Source of the DNA: Pirellulales bacterium | GTDB lineage: Bacteria > Planctomycetota > Planctomycetia > Pirellulales > JAEUIK01 | Length of the DNA stretch: 32,000 nt | Direction of reading: 5' to 3' | NCBI GenBank assembly: GCA_965227275.1 | Contig: CBDDFU010000001.1 | Location: 2,529,896 to 2,561,895 of the forward strand | In this document: positions 1 through 9,291 of the stretch, one piece after another | Position numbering within the stretch: the stretch's first letter is position 1 | Layout of the letters: each line of letters opens with the position of its first letter | Notes under the pieces: model-generated | What the model saw: only the letters and a program-made list of their open reading frames with translations | Told to the model about the DNA's origin: nothing | The model's database searches: none | Program-made: the position numbers and the translations under genes

Positions 1-831
1 CTCTTCAAAGTTTACACCACCTCGTCCCGGCGAGCGGAAATCCCAGCCACGCCGGGCATCGCCGAAGTTCAAGTGGCTGGCCAGAATGCCCGAACGACCA
101 TCGAGCGTGACAATGGCATCCTTGATATGTACATGGTAAATCCGATCGGGAAACGCCCGGATGAACTCCACCGGGTCGACCCCTTGCCACAATAGATGGC
201 TGGGATCGAAGTTGAATCCAAATTCTTCGCGGTTGTCCACCGCGCCGAGCGCACGTCGGGCGGTATGCAGGTCGAAGGCGATCTCGGTGGGGTGAACCTC
301 CAGAGCGAATCGAACTCCGCATTGGCCGAACACATCCAGGATTGGATCGAATCGTTCGGCGAACAGATCGAACCCGGCTTGGATCATCGCTTCTGAAACG
401 GGTGGGAACGAGTACAGAAGCGGCCAAATGCTGGAACCGGTGAATCCGTTGACTACTCCGACCCCCAGCTTCTGCGCGGCACGCGCCGTGTTGGCCAACA
501 TTTCGGCGGCGCGAGCATTCACCCCGCTGGGGTCTCCGTCGCCCCATACCGATTCGGGCAGAATCCCTTGGTGCCGCTCGTCGATTGTGTCCAATACCGC
601 TTGCCCGACCAGGTGCGTGCTGATGGCATGCAGTTGCAGGTCGTGTCGCTCGAGGAGATCACGCTGCCTGGCGCAGTACCCGTCGTCTGCCATCGCGGCT
701 TCCACATCGAAGTGATCGCCCCAACAGGCTAGCTCCAGTCCCTGGTAGCCAAAATCGCGGGCCATGCGTGCCAACTCTTCCAACTTCAAATCAGCCCATT
801 GCCCGGTAAACAGCGTAACAGGTCGACCCAC
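1..831 (-). CDS. Sugar phosphate isomerase/epimerase (xylose-isomerase-like TIM barrel); partial, C-terminus lies beyond the window edge
   Basis: Absent from the ORF track because it is open at the window edge. The minus-strand reading frame starts at GTG (complement of 829-831), with AAGGAG 6 nt upstream. It reads [43 protein letters not shown]...[14 protein letters not shown]...IYHVHIKD and has no stop down to position 1. The track ORFs 5..547(-) and 69..335(-) are other frames of this region. Confidence 0.8.
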   Translation of the reverse strand, partial: MGRPVTLFTGQWADLKLEELARMARDFGYQGLELACWGDHFDVEAAMADDGYCARQRDLLERHDLQLHAISTHLVGQAVLDTIDERHQGILPESVWGDGDPSGVNARAAEMLANTARAAQKLGVGVVNGFTGSSIWPLLYSFPPVSEAMIQAGFDLFAERFDPILDVFGQCGVRFALEVHPTEIAFDLHTARRALGAVDNREEFGFNFDPSHLLWQGVDPVEFIRAFPDRIYHVHIKDAIVTLDGRSGILASHLNFGDARRGWDFRSPGRGGVNFEE

Positions 832-1070
832 TGCCAACTCCTTTCATTGCCTAGGGCCACGTTTACGAGCCCTGTATCGATTGAAGCCACCGGTTGAAAT
901 AGTTTGTTTTGTCGCGGCGGGTGCAGAAACGTTGTGTGCCGCACAACCTCCCTCCATTGTCACAATCCCCGCCGCACCTGCAATGTCCAGCCAAGTGCTA
1001 TAATTCCGTGTGGACCGCTTGCAATTTATGGCATTCTCTCAACGCTAACCATTTCCGTCCGAGAATCGGC

Positions 1071-2108
1071 ATGTTTCGAATCGTTGCTCTTAGCATCACG
1101 TTTGCCGCATCGTGGGGTTGTTGCAGTCATTCCGTACTTGCAGCCGAACCACGCATTGCCATGGAGTTGTTCTACGGTCGCGGGCTGCCTTTGACCGCAC
1201 CGCAAGAGTGGAGCCGCATGCTATCCGAGGTGGGTGTGAACGGCATCCAACTTAGACAAGCACGCGGCGGCGAAGAAGTTGCTATCGAAACTCGCGGAAG
1301 TGGTCGAAACATCTCATATGAGGTGTCCGGCATCATCGTCGAGGGCAATCAACTCATAGTCCCGGGTGGGCGATTCGGCATCCGCGATCGCCAGAAGCTC
1401 GAGCAATGGCTGCAGCGGCTGCGCGAAGATGGCCCCGAGTTGTTGACCGCTTCGGAGACTCCCCCGTTCAATCTCACGGCGTCTCAGCTCGAACGCTTGA
1501 GCACCGATCTCGAACAGCGGGTGACCATTTCGACCAAGGGGCAGGACCCCCGCGTTGTGATTGACCGCATCGAACGAAACTTGAGCATTCCCTTGGAAGT
1601 CGACCGTGCCGCGATGGCCGCACTGCGGTCCGCCGGGCCTATTGACGATGAGTTCCAGGGGCTTTCCTCGGGAACCGTTCTGGCAGCCGTGGTTCGCCCG
1701 TTGGGGTTCGCCCTGGTACCCGAACGCGAACAACAGTCGGTGCGAACCGTCATTCGTCGCGCCACTTCGGCAGAAGACATCTGGCCGATCGGTTGGCCTT
1801 TGCAAGACAAGCGACAGAAAGTGGCCCCACAACTGTTTGAGTTGCTGCCCGTCCAAATCGACGATTTCCCTCTGCTCGAAACATTGTCCGCACTGCAGGA
1901 ACGGATCGAGTTGCCGATGCTGATCGATCACAATGCAGTCGCTCGGCACGAAATCGATTTAGAGAACGCCCGGGCATCGTATCCCGGGAAGAAGTCGAGT
2001 TACAGCCTGGTGTTGCGATCCATCCTGGCCCAGTCGGGTTTGAAGGGAGAACTTCGCCTGGACGATGCCGGCGCACCGTTCTTCTGGATCACAACACTCA
2101 AGCCGTAG
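1071..2108 (+). CDS. Hypothetical secreted protein
   Basis: ORF 909..2108. The internal Met at 1071 gives a signal-peptide-like N-terminus (MFRIVALSITFAASWGCCSHSVLA). I recognise no family motif. Start choice is uncertain. Confidence 0.55.
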   Translation: MFRIVALSITFAASWGCCSHSVLAAEPRIAMELFYGRGLPLTAPQEWSRMLSEVGVNGIQLRQARGGEEVAIETRGSGRNISYEVSGIIVEGNQLIVPGGRFGIRDRQKLEQWLQRLREDGPELLTASETPPFNLTASQLERLSTDLEQRVTISTKGQDPRVVIDRIERNLSIPLEVDRAAMAALRSAGPIDDEFQGLSSGTVLAAVVRPLGFALVPEREQQSVRTVIRRATSAEDIWPIGWPLQDKRQKVAPQLFELLPVQIDDFPLLETLSALQERIELPMLIDHNAVARHEIDLENARASYPGKKSSYSLVLRSILAQSGLKGELRLDDAGAPFFWITTLKP

Positions 2109-2197
2109 CGATGGTAGTCGTCAAGAGCCGACTCGCGCCGCTACAATTGCGTGCTACGCCCACTGCAATTCCGATGGAAACCTGACGAGGGAAACTC

Positions 2198-2686
2198 GTG
2201 GATATTCTGAAAGGATCGCAAGTCGCCGCGGCATTCAACGAACTGGGGGTCTCGCATGTTGTGTGGCTGCCCGACAGTGCCTTGGGCCCATGGGAACAGG
2301 CCATCGAAGCTGACCCGCAGCTAAACCTGGTTCGGGTTTGTCGCGAAGGCGAGGCGTGGGCCATTGCCGCAGGGCTTTATCTTGGTGGCGCGCGACCCCT
2401 GGTCATGATTCAGAACACGGGGCTTTTCGAATCGGGGGACGCGCTGCGAAACGTTTTGTTTGATCTCGGCTTGCCGTTGTGGGCCGTGATCGGATACCGC
2501 AGCTACTTCATCGAGAACTCTCCCGATACGGCCCGAAAGTTTACCGAGCCCATTCTTGCGGCGTGGGGTATCGAGACTGCGTTGCTCACCGAACCGGATT
2601 CAACGCCGCTAATGGTCGCACACTTCCGCAAAGTCGAAGCGGAAGGCCGCCCCGGGGTGGTTCTGATTGCTGAAGGGAGAATGTAA
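2198..2686 (+). CDS. TPP-dependent decarboxylase, alpha (N-terminal pyrimidine-binding) subunit; sulfopyruvate/phosphonopyruvate decarboxylase-like
   Basis: GTG start preceded by GAGGGAAA. The 162-aa product (LGVSHVVWLPDSALGPW...CREGEAWAIAAGLYLGGARPLVMIQNTGLFESGDAL) has the size and pattern of ComD-type split TPP enzymes. Confidence 0.72.
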   Translation: MDILKGSQVAAAFNELGVSHVVWLPDSALGPWEQAIEADPQLNLVRVCREGEAWAIAAGLYLGGARPLVMIQNTGLFESGDALRNVLFDLGLPLWAVIGYRSYFIENSPDTARKFTEPILAAWGIETALLTEPDSTPLMVAHFRKVEAEGRPGVVLIAEGRM

Positions 2687-3319
2687 GTGGCCGCATCTCA
2701 AGAAAAGTTGCCATCGTCCGTGGAACAGACTTCCCGGATGCCGCTGATCGAAGCGTTGCAGATCTTGCAACAATGGCGTCAGCAGCAGATAGTCGTCACC
2801 ACGATGGGGTCTGCCCGCGAGTGGCCGAAGCTGAGCGACCATGCATTGGATTTTCATTACATCCCGTCCGCCATGGGCGAGGCTCCCGCGCTTGGGCTGG
2901 GGATGGCGCTCGCACGGCCCGACAAGGAAGTTGTCGTGCTCAACGGCGACGGCTGCATGCTGATGAACCTGGGTTGTCTGGTCACCATCGCCAGCAGCGG
3001 AGCGAAGAACCTCACGCTGATCGTGCTCGATAACGGTATCTACGAGGTCACCGGCGGCCAGCAACTCGCTAGTAAACAAGCCCGGGCCGATTTCACACAA
3101 CTCGCCCAGGGAGCCGGCTGGTCGAGTGTGTTTTCGTTTGATGACCTTCAACCATGGAAGGCAGAAATCGAAAAGGTCATGACGGCCCCCGGCCCGCGAT
3201 TTATCGTGCTTTCCACCCACCCGGTCGGCGAACACTACCACTTGGAATCCCCCGGCCCGATGGCAGACCGCATCGCGGGTTTTCGCGAGGCGTTGAACCA
3301 AGATCGAGCGCCTGCTTGA
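2687..3319 (+). CDS. TPP-dependent decarboxylase, beta (C-terminal TPP-binding) subunit; sulfopyruvate/phosphonopyruvate decarboxylase-like
   Basis: The GTG start directly abuts the TAA stop of the alpha subunit, which suggests translational coupling. It carries a TPP-binding motif (GDGCMLMNLGCLVTIASSGAKNLTLIVLDNGIYEVTGGQ). Confidence 0.72.
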   Translation: MAASQEKLPSSVEQTSRMPLIEALQILQQWRQQQIVVTTMGSAREWPKLSDHALDFHYIPSAMGEAPALGLGMALARPDKEVVVLNGDGCMLMNLGCLVTIASSGAKNLTLIVLDNGIYEVTGGQQLASKQARADFTQLAQGAGWSSVFSFDDLQPWKAEIEKVMTAPGPRFIVLSTHPVGEHYHLESPGPMADRIAGFREALNQDRAPA

Positions 3320-3396
3320 GGCATTACACCGGCACAAGCGTGATGAGCACCGTCAACACACAACTCAGGGCCCCGGAATTCTCGCGAAAAGAAAGT

Positions 3397-3425
3397 TTGA
3401 CAACCCATTCTGGGTCGTCTAGTTT
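3397..3425 (+). promoter_or_regulatory. Candidate sigma70-type promoter
   Basis: TTGACA at 3397-3402, a 17-nt spacer, then TAGTTT at 3420-3425 (matches TAnnnT). It lies in the 336-nt gap between the TPP decarboxylase genes and the PEP-CTERM gene. Based on sequence pattern only. Confidence 0.25.
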
Positions 3426-3562
3426 GCGAGTGACCTTGCAGGAAATTTCTGGCAAACAGTCCCCCCAAGGATAAGTTTGCCCGCCGAGGTCGTTCCTTCG
3501 CCGCACAAGTGTGTGGCGGACATTCATTTTCAAAATAGTCTGAACCAAAGTACCGCTACTGA

Positions 3563-3619
3563 AAAACACCACGTTCCTCGTCACGGCTCGCATGCCGTCG
3601 AGGAACGTGGTGTTTTTTA
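3563..3619 (+). terminator. Rho-independent terminator (potentially bidirectional)
   Basis: Perfect 19-bp inverted repeat: AAAAACACCACGTTCCTCG (3563-3581) pairs with CGAGGAACGTGGTGTTTTT (3600-3618). The loop has an inner ACGGC/GCCGT helix. The stem runs into a T6 tract (3614-3619). An A-run on the 5' side gives a U-tract on the other strand as well. Confidence 0.7.
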
Positions 3620-3655
3620 TTGCACTCACCTAACGCCACACGGGGGCAGAAAACG

Positions 3656-5947
3656 ATGCACCACAATCAGCATTTCTCCGGCTTGAATCGCATTCAAAGG
3701 AGAGCACTTTACAACCACATTACGAACCTCGTGGGTTATGCCCTGTTGATGTTGTTCTCTGTGCAGACCGTCCACGGAGAGTCGACCCTCTTTGATATCG
3801 ATCCCGATCAGAGTTTTCTGAATTCTTCGACCACGCTGAGCTTTTATAGCTTGGGTATCAATGTGACGTCGGATGCCCAGGGAACGGTCGGCTTGGGAAC
3901 CCCGGGGTACAGTGACGGGGATCGCTTTCAATTGGATGGCATCCTTGCTGCAGACATCGATTTCGACGCGGATAAGATCGTGTTCGGAGATAGCAGTATC
4001 CACGCGCTTTCCAGCGGTTCGTGGTTGCCTGCCCCCAACGGCAGCGAAGGAACCACGGAAGCCGCAGCGGGCATCTTCTTTTCCACAAGTCCATTGGGCA
4101 TCGAAGGGTCGATTGCTGCCGCATTGCGCGACCTGGGATTCGACTTCACCAGTTTTGCTGTTTCGCCCGAGTTGACCACGCCGAGCACAGGTGTCCATGC
4201 CTTTGATGCGGGGGTGCTCGTCGACATTTCGGCCACGGTTGACTATCGGGGACTAACCGGGATCGGAACGTTCGTTGGAGAGGATCAACAGATATTTCGT
4301 GAGAAGGCCGGCGCCCAAAACGACAACCTGACCGGCACCATCACTGAAATCGGGGGGGACCAACTTGAGATCTACATGCCAATCTCGGCCAGGATTGGTT
4401 TCTCCACCGATATCGACGGGCTCGGATTGATTGGTATCAACATTGACGTAGATGGCCAGCTCGTGGGGCAATCAACCATGGCACCCTTGGATCCCGCATT
4501 GCTCGAAATCGAAGGGAACAACACGGTCTTCTCCGCACAGGATCTCGATGGACTGTTCGCCACGGTGTACGACGGCGATGTCGGCGATGGAGCCATTAAC
4601 ACTTCGGCCCTGCTTCCCCACATTACGATAGAAGCAACCGGCGACGGGACATTCGACTACTATGCTTTCAATGTGTCAGAACCGAATTCACGAGCCGTTT
4701 TTGATATCGACCGTGCCACATTCGATAGCGAGTTGTTTTTGTTTGATGAATTTGGGAACCTCCTTGCCAGCAACGACGATGCATCTCCAATTGCGGGGGC
4801 AGGCGGAACATCAAGTTCATTGGATGCGTTCTTGGAATATGTCATTGAGTCGCCCGGACGATACGTGATTGGGGTAGGGCAATACGATTCGTTTGGCACC
4901 CAGGGCGGAATCTTCGGGACGGCATTACCCCCCGGCAGTAGTTACACATTACAGGTTACGGTAGTTCCTGAGCCATCCTCGTTGGCGTTGCTGGGAATCG
5001 GGGGCGTCTTCGGATTTGTCCACTTACTTCGACGTACAAGACATCGATTCGCCGTGGGCGTTTTGCTCGGTCTGACGTTGGCAGCCATCGGATCCGTCTC
5101 TTCGCTGCAGGCGGCCAACCTCAAGAATTCGCTCGAGTTGACTTTTGACGAGAACGACGTCAACAGCATGAACTACCGATTGTTTATTCCTCCTGTCGCT
5201 CAAGAGGAGGATAGCGAACCGCTTCCGTTGGTGCTTTTTCTCCATGGCTCCGGCGAACGGGGATTGGATAACTTCTTTCAAGTCGACAAGAACATAGACG
5301 GGCTTATCGATGCGACCCAGGGGAGCGAATACAGCGCTTACCTGGTTGCACCTCAGATCCCCAACTTGCCACGTGATGGGTCAAGTTGGAACCCCAATGC
5401 CTGGTACGACATGACCCATGAAATTCTGTTGTCGGTCATTGATGAATATGCGGTCGACGAATCCCGGATTTACATTACCGGGCTTTCCATGGGTGGATTC
5501 GGATCTTTCACCTATTTGGAAACCTATCCCGACCTATTCGCGGCAGCCGTACCGATGGCCGGGGCTGCTTTTCCGGACGAAGAGACCGTTGAGACGATCA
5601 AGAACATCCCGCTGTGGATGTTTCACGGCACGCAGGACAACGTGGTATCGGTCGAAAGCTCACGACGCATGTACGATGCCCTTGTGGCCGCGGGCGGGTC
5701 GCCGCAACTTACAGAACTGCCCAACGGTGCGCATGATATCTGGCACGAGGTCTATAGCGACAACATCACCGATCAGTTTGGTTTATACCCCTGGTTGTTT
5801 TCACAGCAACTTCAGCAACCGTCGCTCCGTGTCGTTCCCGAACCGTCAAGTGTGATACTCGCACTGATAGGGTTCTTTGCGCTCGGCTTGATTACCTTGA
5901 ATCAGCGGCGTAAGTCCTCCTTGGCCAAACGCTTCTCAACTGAGTAG
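3656..5947 (+). CDS. Two-module secreted protein: N-terminal region plus PPC (pre-peptidase C-terminal-like) domain plus PEP-CTERM signal, fused in frame to a signal-like helix, an alpha/beta-hydrolase esterase domain and a second PEP-CTERM signal
   Basis: ORF 3620..5947; Met at 3656 precedes the signal peptide LVGYALLMLFSVQTVHG. The PPC-like block is EIEGNNTVFSAQDLDG...DYYAFNV...LFLFDEFGNLLASNDDA...GRYVIGV...YTLQVTV. The first PEP-CTERM signal is VPEPSSLALLGIGGVFGFVHLLRRTRHR (PEP at 4967-4975). The esterase block is LVLFLHGSGERG...ITGLSMGGFGSF...MFHGTQDNVV...HDIWHE. The second PEP-CTERM signal is VPEPSSVILALIGFFALGLITLNQRRKS at the C-terminus. Confidence 0.75.
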   Translation: MHHNQHFSGLNRIQRRALYNHITNLVGYALLMLFSVQTVHGESTLFDIDPDQSFLNSSTTLSFYSLGINVTSDAQGTVGLGTPGYSDGDRFQLDGILAADIDFDADKIVFGDSSIHALSSGSWLPAPNGSEGTTEAAAGIFFSTSPLGIEGSIAAALRDLGFDFTSFAVSPELTTPSTGVHAFDAGVLVDISATVDYRGLTGIGTFVGEDQQIFREKAGAQNDNLTGTITEIGGDQLEIYMPISARIGFSTDIDGLGLIGINIDVDGQLVGQSTMAPLDPALLEIEGNNTVFSAQDLDGLFATVYDGDVGDGAINTSALLPHITIEATGDGTFDYYAFNVSEPNSRAVFDIDRATFDSELFLFDEFGNLLASNDDASPIAGAGGTSSSLDAFLEYVIESPGRYVIGVGQYDSFGTQGGIFGTALPPGSSYTLQVTVVPEPSSLALLGIGGVFGFVHLLRRTRHRFAVGVLLGLTLAAIGSVSSLQAANLKNSLELTFDENDVNSMNYRLFIPPVAQEEDSEPLPLVLFLHGSGERGLDNFFQVDKNIDGLIDATQGSEYSAYLVAPQIPNLPRDGSSWNPNAWYDMTHEILLSVIDEYAVDESRIYITGLSMGGFGSFTYLETYPDLFAAAVPMAGAAFPDEETVETIKNIPLWMFHGTQDNVVSVESSRRMYDALVAAGGSPQLTELPNGAHDIWHEVYSDNITDQFGLYPWLFSQQLQQPSLRVVPEPSSVILALIGFFALGLITLNQRRKSSLAKRFSTE

Positions 5948-5968
5948 GCTGGGAGACGCCTGAAATGC

Positions 5969-6727
5969 TCAACCCGTCATGCGGTCCCATAGCATGCGGT
6001 AGTACTTCATCACGCGAATGGGATCGGAGGTTGTCTGGCCTTCTTCGAGAAGTGTCCAACCGTCGAAGCCCGATTGGTTCAACAGCGCAAATAGCTGTGT
6101 CCAAGGGTAGTCGCTGATGAGGTCGTGGATGTGGATCGTACCGAGCCGTTCTTGGACGAGCTTGAAGTTGTGATCCAACCCTTCGCCCGCCAGGTCGGTT
6201 TTGTTGCAGTTCCAACACACCACGGCTCCCGGATGATCGGCGGCCTGCATGATCTTCTGGATGTGAGGCACCTCGCTGGTCCCGCGACCGTGCACCTCGA
6301 GGCGAACCTCGACGCCAAAGCCCTCGCCGTAGGCCGCCATTTCGGCCAGTGTCTTTCCGATTTGTTCCAACGTGCGACTGATGGGAACGTCGGTGGGCAG
6401 CCCGTTGGGGCGGACCTTGATCCCCGTGCCCCCGCAGTCGTGACAAAGTTGGATGAAGGCTTTGGTTTCCTCGATGTTCTTTTTCAGTTCTGCCTGATTC
6501 GAGGAGTGGTACTCGCACGCGGTTCCCAGCCCGACTAACTCCACCGGGCTATCAGCAAATCGGGCAGCCACCTCGCGTCGTTCGGCGGCCGAAAGTGTGG
6601 GCTCGACGCCATGCTTGTGGGTGCTACGCAGTTCGACACCTTCGAACCCGGTTTGCTCGCAGTTGGCAATCACCGTCGGTAGATCCCATTCCTTGCCCCA
6701 GTTGTAGGTGACTAAGCCGAGTTGCAT
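5969..6727 (-). CDS. Sugar phosphate isomerase/epimerase (xylose-isomerase-like TIM barrel)
   Basis: ORF 5969..6775(-). The Met at 6727 (MQLGLVTYNWGKEWDL) is the likely start. Motifs: GFEGVELRSTH, VEVRLEVHGRGT, GTIHIHD. Confidence 0.8.
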   Translation of the reverse strand: MQLGLVTYNWGKEWDLPTVIANCEQTGFEGVELRSTHKHGVEPTLSAAERREVAARFADSPVELVGLGTACEYHSSNQAELKKNIEETKAFIQLCHDCGGTGIKVRPNGLPTDVPISRTLEQIGKTLAEMAAYGEGFGVEVRLEVHGRGTSEVPHIQKIMQAADHPGAVVCWNCNKTDLAGEGLDHNFKLVQERLGTIHIHDLISDYPWTQLFALLNQSGFDGWTLLEEGQTTSDPIRVMKYYRMLWDRMTG

Positions 6728-7022
6728 GGTCGAGGGTGTCCTTGTGTTCAGGAAGGCATTTGGCGGGAATATCAAGCAGATCGATGCACTTGGCTACCAG
6801 TATGCAATCAGCGTTGTCCGAGTTCCAGCAACAAGTTGCCGAATGCCGTCCGATCGAGAAAACCCACGGAGTTGACACGATTTCTTTAGGAATCGCTAGA
6901 AATGTCGGATTATTCACCCAAGAGTGTGCCCTGCAATACGAACTCCATGTGACTGAGACGACTTCAGCGGTAACAAGAATTCCCCCGGGATTGCGGGGGT
7001 GCCAGCCAAGACCTGGGACGAA

Positions 7023-7460
7023 ATGATGTCATCCACCCCAAATCCAACTTCCCCGCCATTATCGACCGAGCCTGAAACGGGTGTGACCGATGAAGAGCGG
7101 TTTGCCTCGATGCTGGCTTACCTGTCCGGCTTGATTGGCTACGTGGTTCCCATCCCGTTCGTGAATTTGGTCGGTCCCGGCGCAATCTATCTCATTTACC
7201 GCGACGAATCGAAGTTCATCGCCTTTCACGCGCTGCAGGCTCTGTACATACACTTGCTGGCGTTGAGCGTGTTCGTCGGGCTCACGATGGGGATCATTCT
7301 CACCCTGGGGGTCGGTTACCTGATTGCCAAGCCATTCTTCTGGCTGCTGTGGTGGGTCGTGGTGGTCTCGACGCTTGTGTTGGCCATAAAGGCCTATCAG
7401 GGGCGCAACTATTCGCTGTGGCTGATTGGACGCTGGGCGCGCAATCGAGTTCGGGCGTGA
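7023..7460 (+). CDS. DUF4870-like small membrane protein
   Basis: ORF 6999..7460 with ATG at 7023. The pattern ERFASMLAYLSGLIGYVVPIPFV...YLIYRDESKFIAFHALQALYIHL plus 3-4 hydrophobic helices resembles the DUF4870 family. Confidence 0.55.
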   Translation: MMSSTPNPTSPPLSTEPETGVTDEERFASMLAYLSGLIGYVVPIPFVNLVGPGAIYLIYRDESKFIAFHALQALYIHLLALSVFVGLTMGIILTLGVGYLIAKPFFWLLWWVVVVSTLVLAIKAYQGRNYSLWLIGRWARNRVRA

Positions 7461-7488
7461 TGCGACCCACGTGAATGAATCGCCTCGA

Positions 7489-9291
7489 CTACAGCAACTC
7501 GTCCAACTCTTCGACGAGCTGGTCAAAGTGCTTCAACGCGGTATCGACCGGCTTGGGTTTACGCATGTCGACCCCGGCGTCTTTCAGCAGGTCGAGCGAG
7601 TACTTCGAACAACCACCCTTAAGGAAGTTCAGGTAGTCGTTCAATTCCGTCTCGCCGCCGCTTAGCACCCGTTCGGCCAGTGCGATCGCGGCCGAGAGCC
7701 CCGTCGCGTACTTATAGACATAAAACGCGCGATAGAAGTGCGGAATCCGCAGGCATTCTAGCGACAGTTCATCGTCCAGCGTGAAGCCCGGACCGAAGTA
7801 CGTCTCGAGAAGTCCGCGATACACGGCCTTGAATGCATCGAGCGTGAGCGGCTCGTTATTGTCGGCCATCGCGTGGGTGATCTTTTCGAATTCGGCGAAC
7901 ATAGTCTGCCGGATGATGGTTCCGCGAATGGCATCGATCTCGCGATTGATGAGATACGCTTTTTGTTGCTTGTCGGTGGCCCGCTCAAGCAGATACCGAC
8001 TGAGTAGTTGCTCGTTGAACGTACTGGCCACCTCGGCTACGAAAATGGTGTACTGGTAGTACTGCATCGGTTGGTGGGTCTTCGAATGCCAGGTGTGCAT
8101 GGAATGCCCGGCCTCGTGTGCCAGGGTGAATACATGCGACAGCACATCGCCTTGATAGTTCATCAAAATGAACGGGTCGCCGTCGTAGGCCCCGGAACTA
8201 AACGCGCCGCTTTGCTTGCCCTGGTTTTCATAACGATCGCACCAACGTCCTTTGAGCCCCTCTTCCAGCACTTCGCAATAGTGGCTGCCAAGCGGAGCGA
8301 GCGCCTCGATCACCACATTAACGGCCTGAGACCAGGAGTGCTTCACTTCCATCTTGCTCAGGATCGGCACGTAGGTGTCGTAATGATGGATCTTCTTCAG
8401 TCGCATCCGCCGCTGACGAATTTCGTAGTAGCGGTACAGGCCAGGTAGGTGTTTGTGTACCGAGGCGATCAAATTGTCGTACACCGAAACAGGGACGTTG
8501 TCGCTGAAGAGTGAAGCCTCGCGGGCGCTTTCGAAGCCGCGAGCTCGGGCTCGGAACACATCACCCTGAATCGAGCCCCGCAGCGAAGCGGCCAGCGTGT
8601 GGCGATGGCCGTCGATCTGTTCGTAGTACTGGTGAAACGCCCGTTTGCGAACCGAACGTTTCGAAGAATTGAGGCAGGCCGAAAACGAAGAATGGCTCAG
8701 TTCGATATTGTTGCCTTCCGCATCCTCGATCATGCCGAATCTCAAATCGGCGTCGTGCAGTTGGCGAAAGACCTGGTTGGCCGTGCCGGCCATCTCGCTC
8801 TGCATGGCCAGGAGTTTTTCTTCCTGGTCGCTGAGTGTGTGCGGCTTGAAACGCAACCAACGTTCCAACAGCAGGCTATAGTCCGTCAGTTCCTTGCTTT
8901 TCATGAACCGCTTCATCTTCGTGTCGGCAATCGCCATGATTTCCGGCTGAATGAAGCTGGCGGCTTGCTGCGCGCGACTGCCGGCATTGGAGAAACGAGC
9001 CAACATCGACTGTGCTTCGCTGTCGGCAGTGTCTTCGGCGGTACGCAAGAAGGCGTACGTGCCCAGGCGGTCGGCAACCCGATCGAACTGGGTGTCGAAC
9101 TTCAGGCATTCAGCCAATTGCTTGGCACTTTTTCCCAACGTCCCGCGGAACTTCTCGAACCGGGGGATCTTTTTTTCCCACTTGCGAAATTCTTTGTCCC
9201 AGGCTGCATCGTCGGCGTAGAGCGTAGCCAGGTCCCAGGTATCTTGTTTGCGAACTTGTTTTCGGGTGGGAAGTCGTTTGGTCTTACTCAT
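7489..9291 (-). CDS. pepF: Oligoendopeptidase F (M3B metallopeptidase)
   Basis: ORF 7489..9417(-). The Met at 9291 (MSKTKRLPTRKQ) gives about 600 aa, the typical PepF length. Zinc motif TLAHEAGHSMH, with family-typical sequence throughout. Confidence 0.9.
   Translation of the reverse strand: MSKTKRLPTRKQVRKQDTWDLATLYADDAAWDKEFRKWEKKIPRFEKFRGTLGKSAKQLAECLKFDTQFDRVADRLGTYAFLRTAEDTADSEAQSMLARFSNAGSRAQQAASFIQPEIMAIADTKMKRFMKSKELTDYSLLLERWLRFKPHTLSDQEEKLLAMQSEMAGTANQVFRQLHDADLRFGMIEDAEGNNIELSHSSFSACLNSSKRSVRKRAFHQYYEQIDGHRHTLAASLRGSIQGDVFRARARGFESAREASLFSDNVPVSVYDNLIASVHKHLPGLYRYYEIRQRRMRLKKIHHYDTYVPILSKMEVKHSWSQAVNVVIEALAPLGSHYCEVLEEGLKGRWCDRYENQGKQSGAFSSGAYDGDPFILMNYQGDVLSHVFTLAHEAGHSMHTWHSKTHQPMQYYQYTIFVAEVASTFNEQLLSRYLLERATDKQQKAYLINREIDAIRGTIIRQTMFAEFEKITHAMADNNEPLTLDAFKAVYRGLLETYFGPGFTLDDELSLECLRIPHFYRAFYVYKYATGLSAAIALAERVLSGGETELNDYLNFLKGGCSKYSLDLLKDAGVDMRKPKPVDTALKHFDQLVEELDELL

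Noticed and set aside
5-547. 180-aa minus-strand ORF listed in the track
   Set aside because: Arg-rich nonsense-like sequence. The real gene here is the same strand in another frame (1..831), open at the window edge and therefore missing from the track.
909-1070. N-terminal extension of ORF 909..2108
   Set aside because: The extension (MSRRVQKRCVPHNLPP...) lacks protein-like character. A signal-peptide-like N-terminus begins at the Met at 1071.
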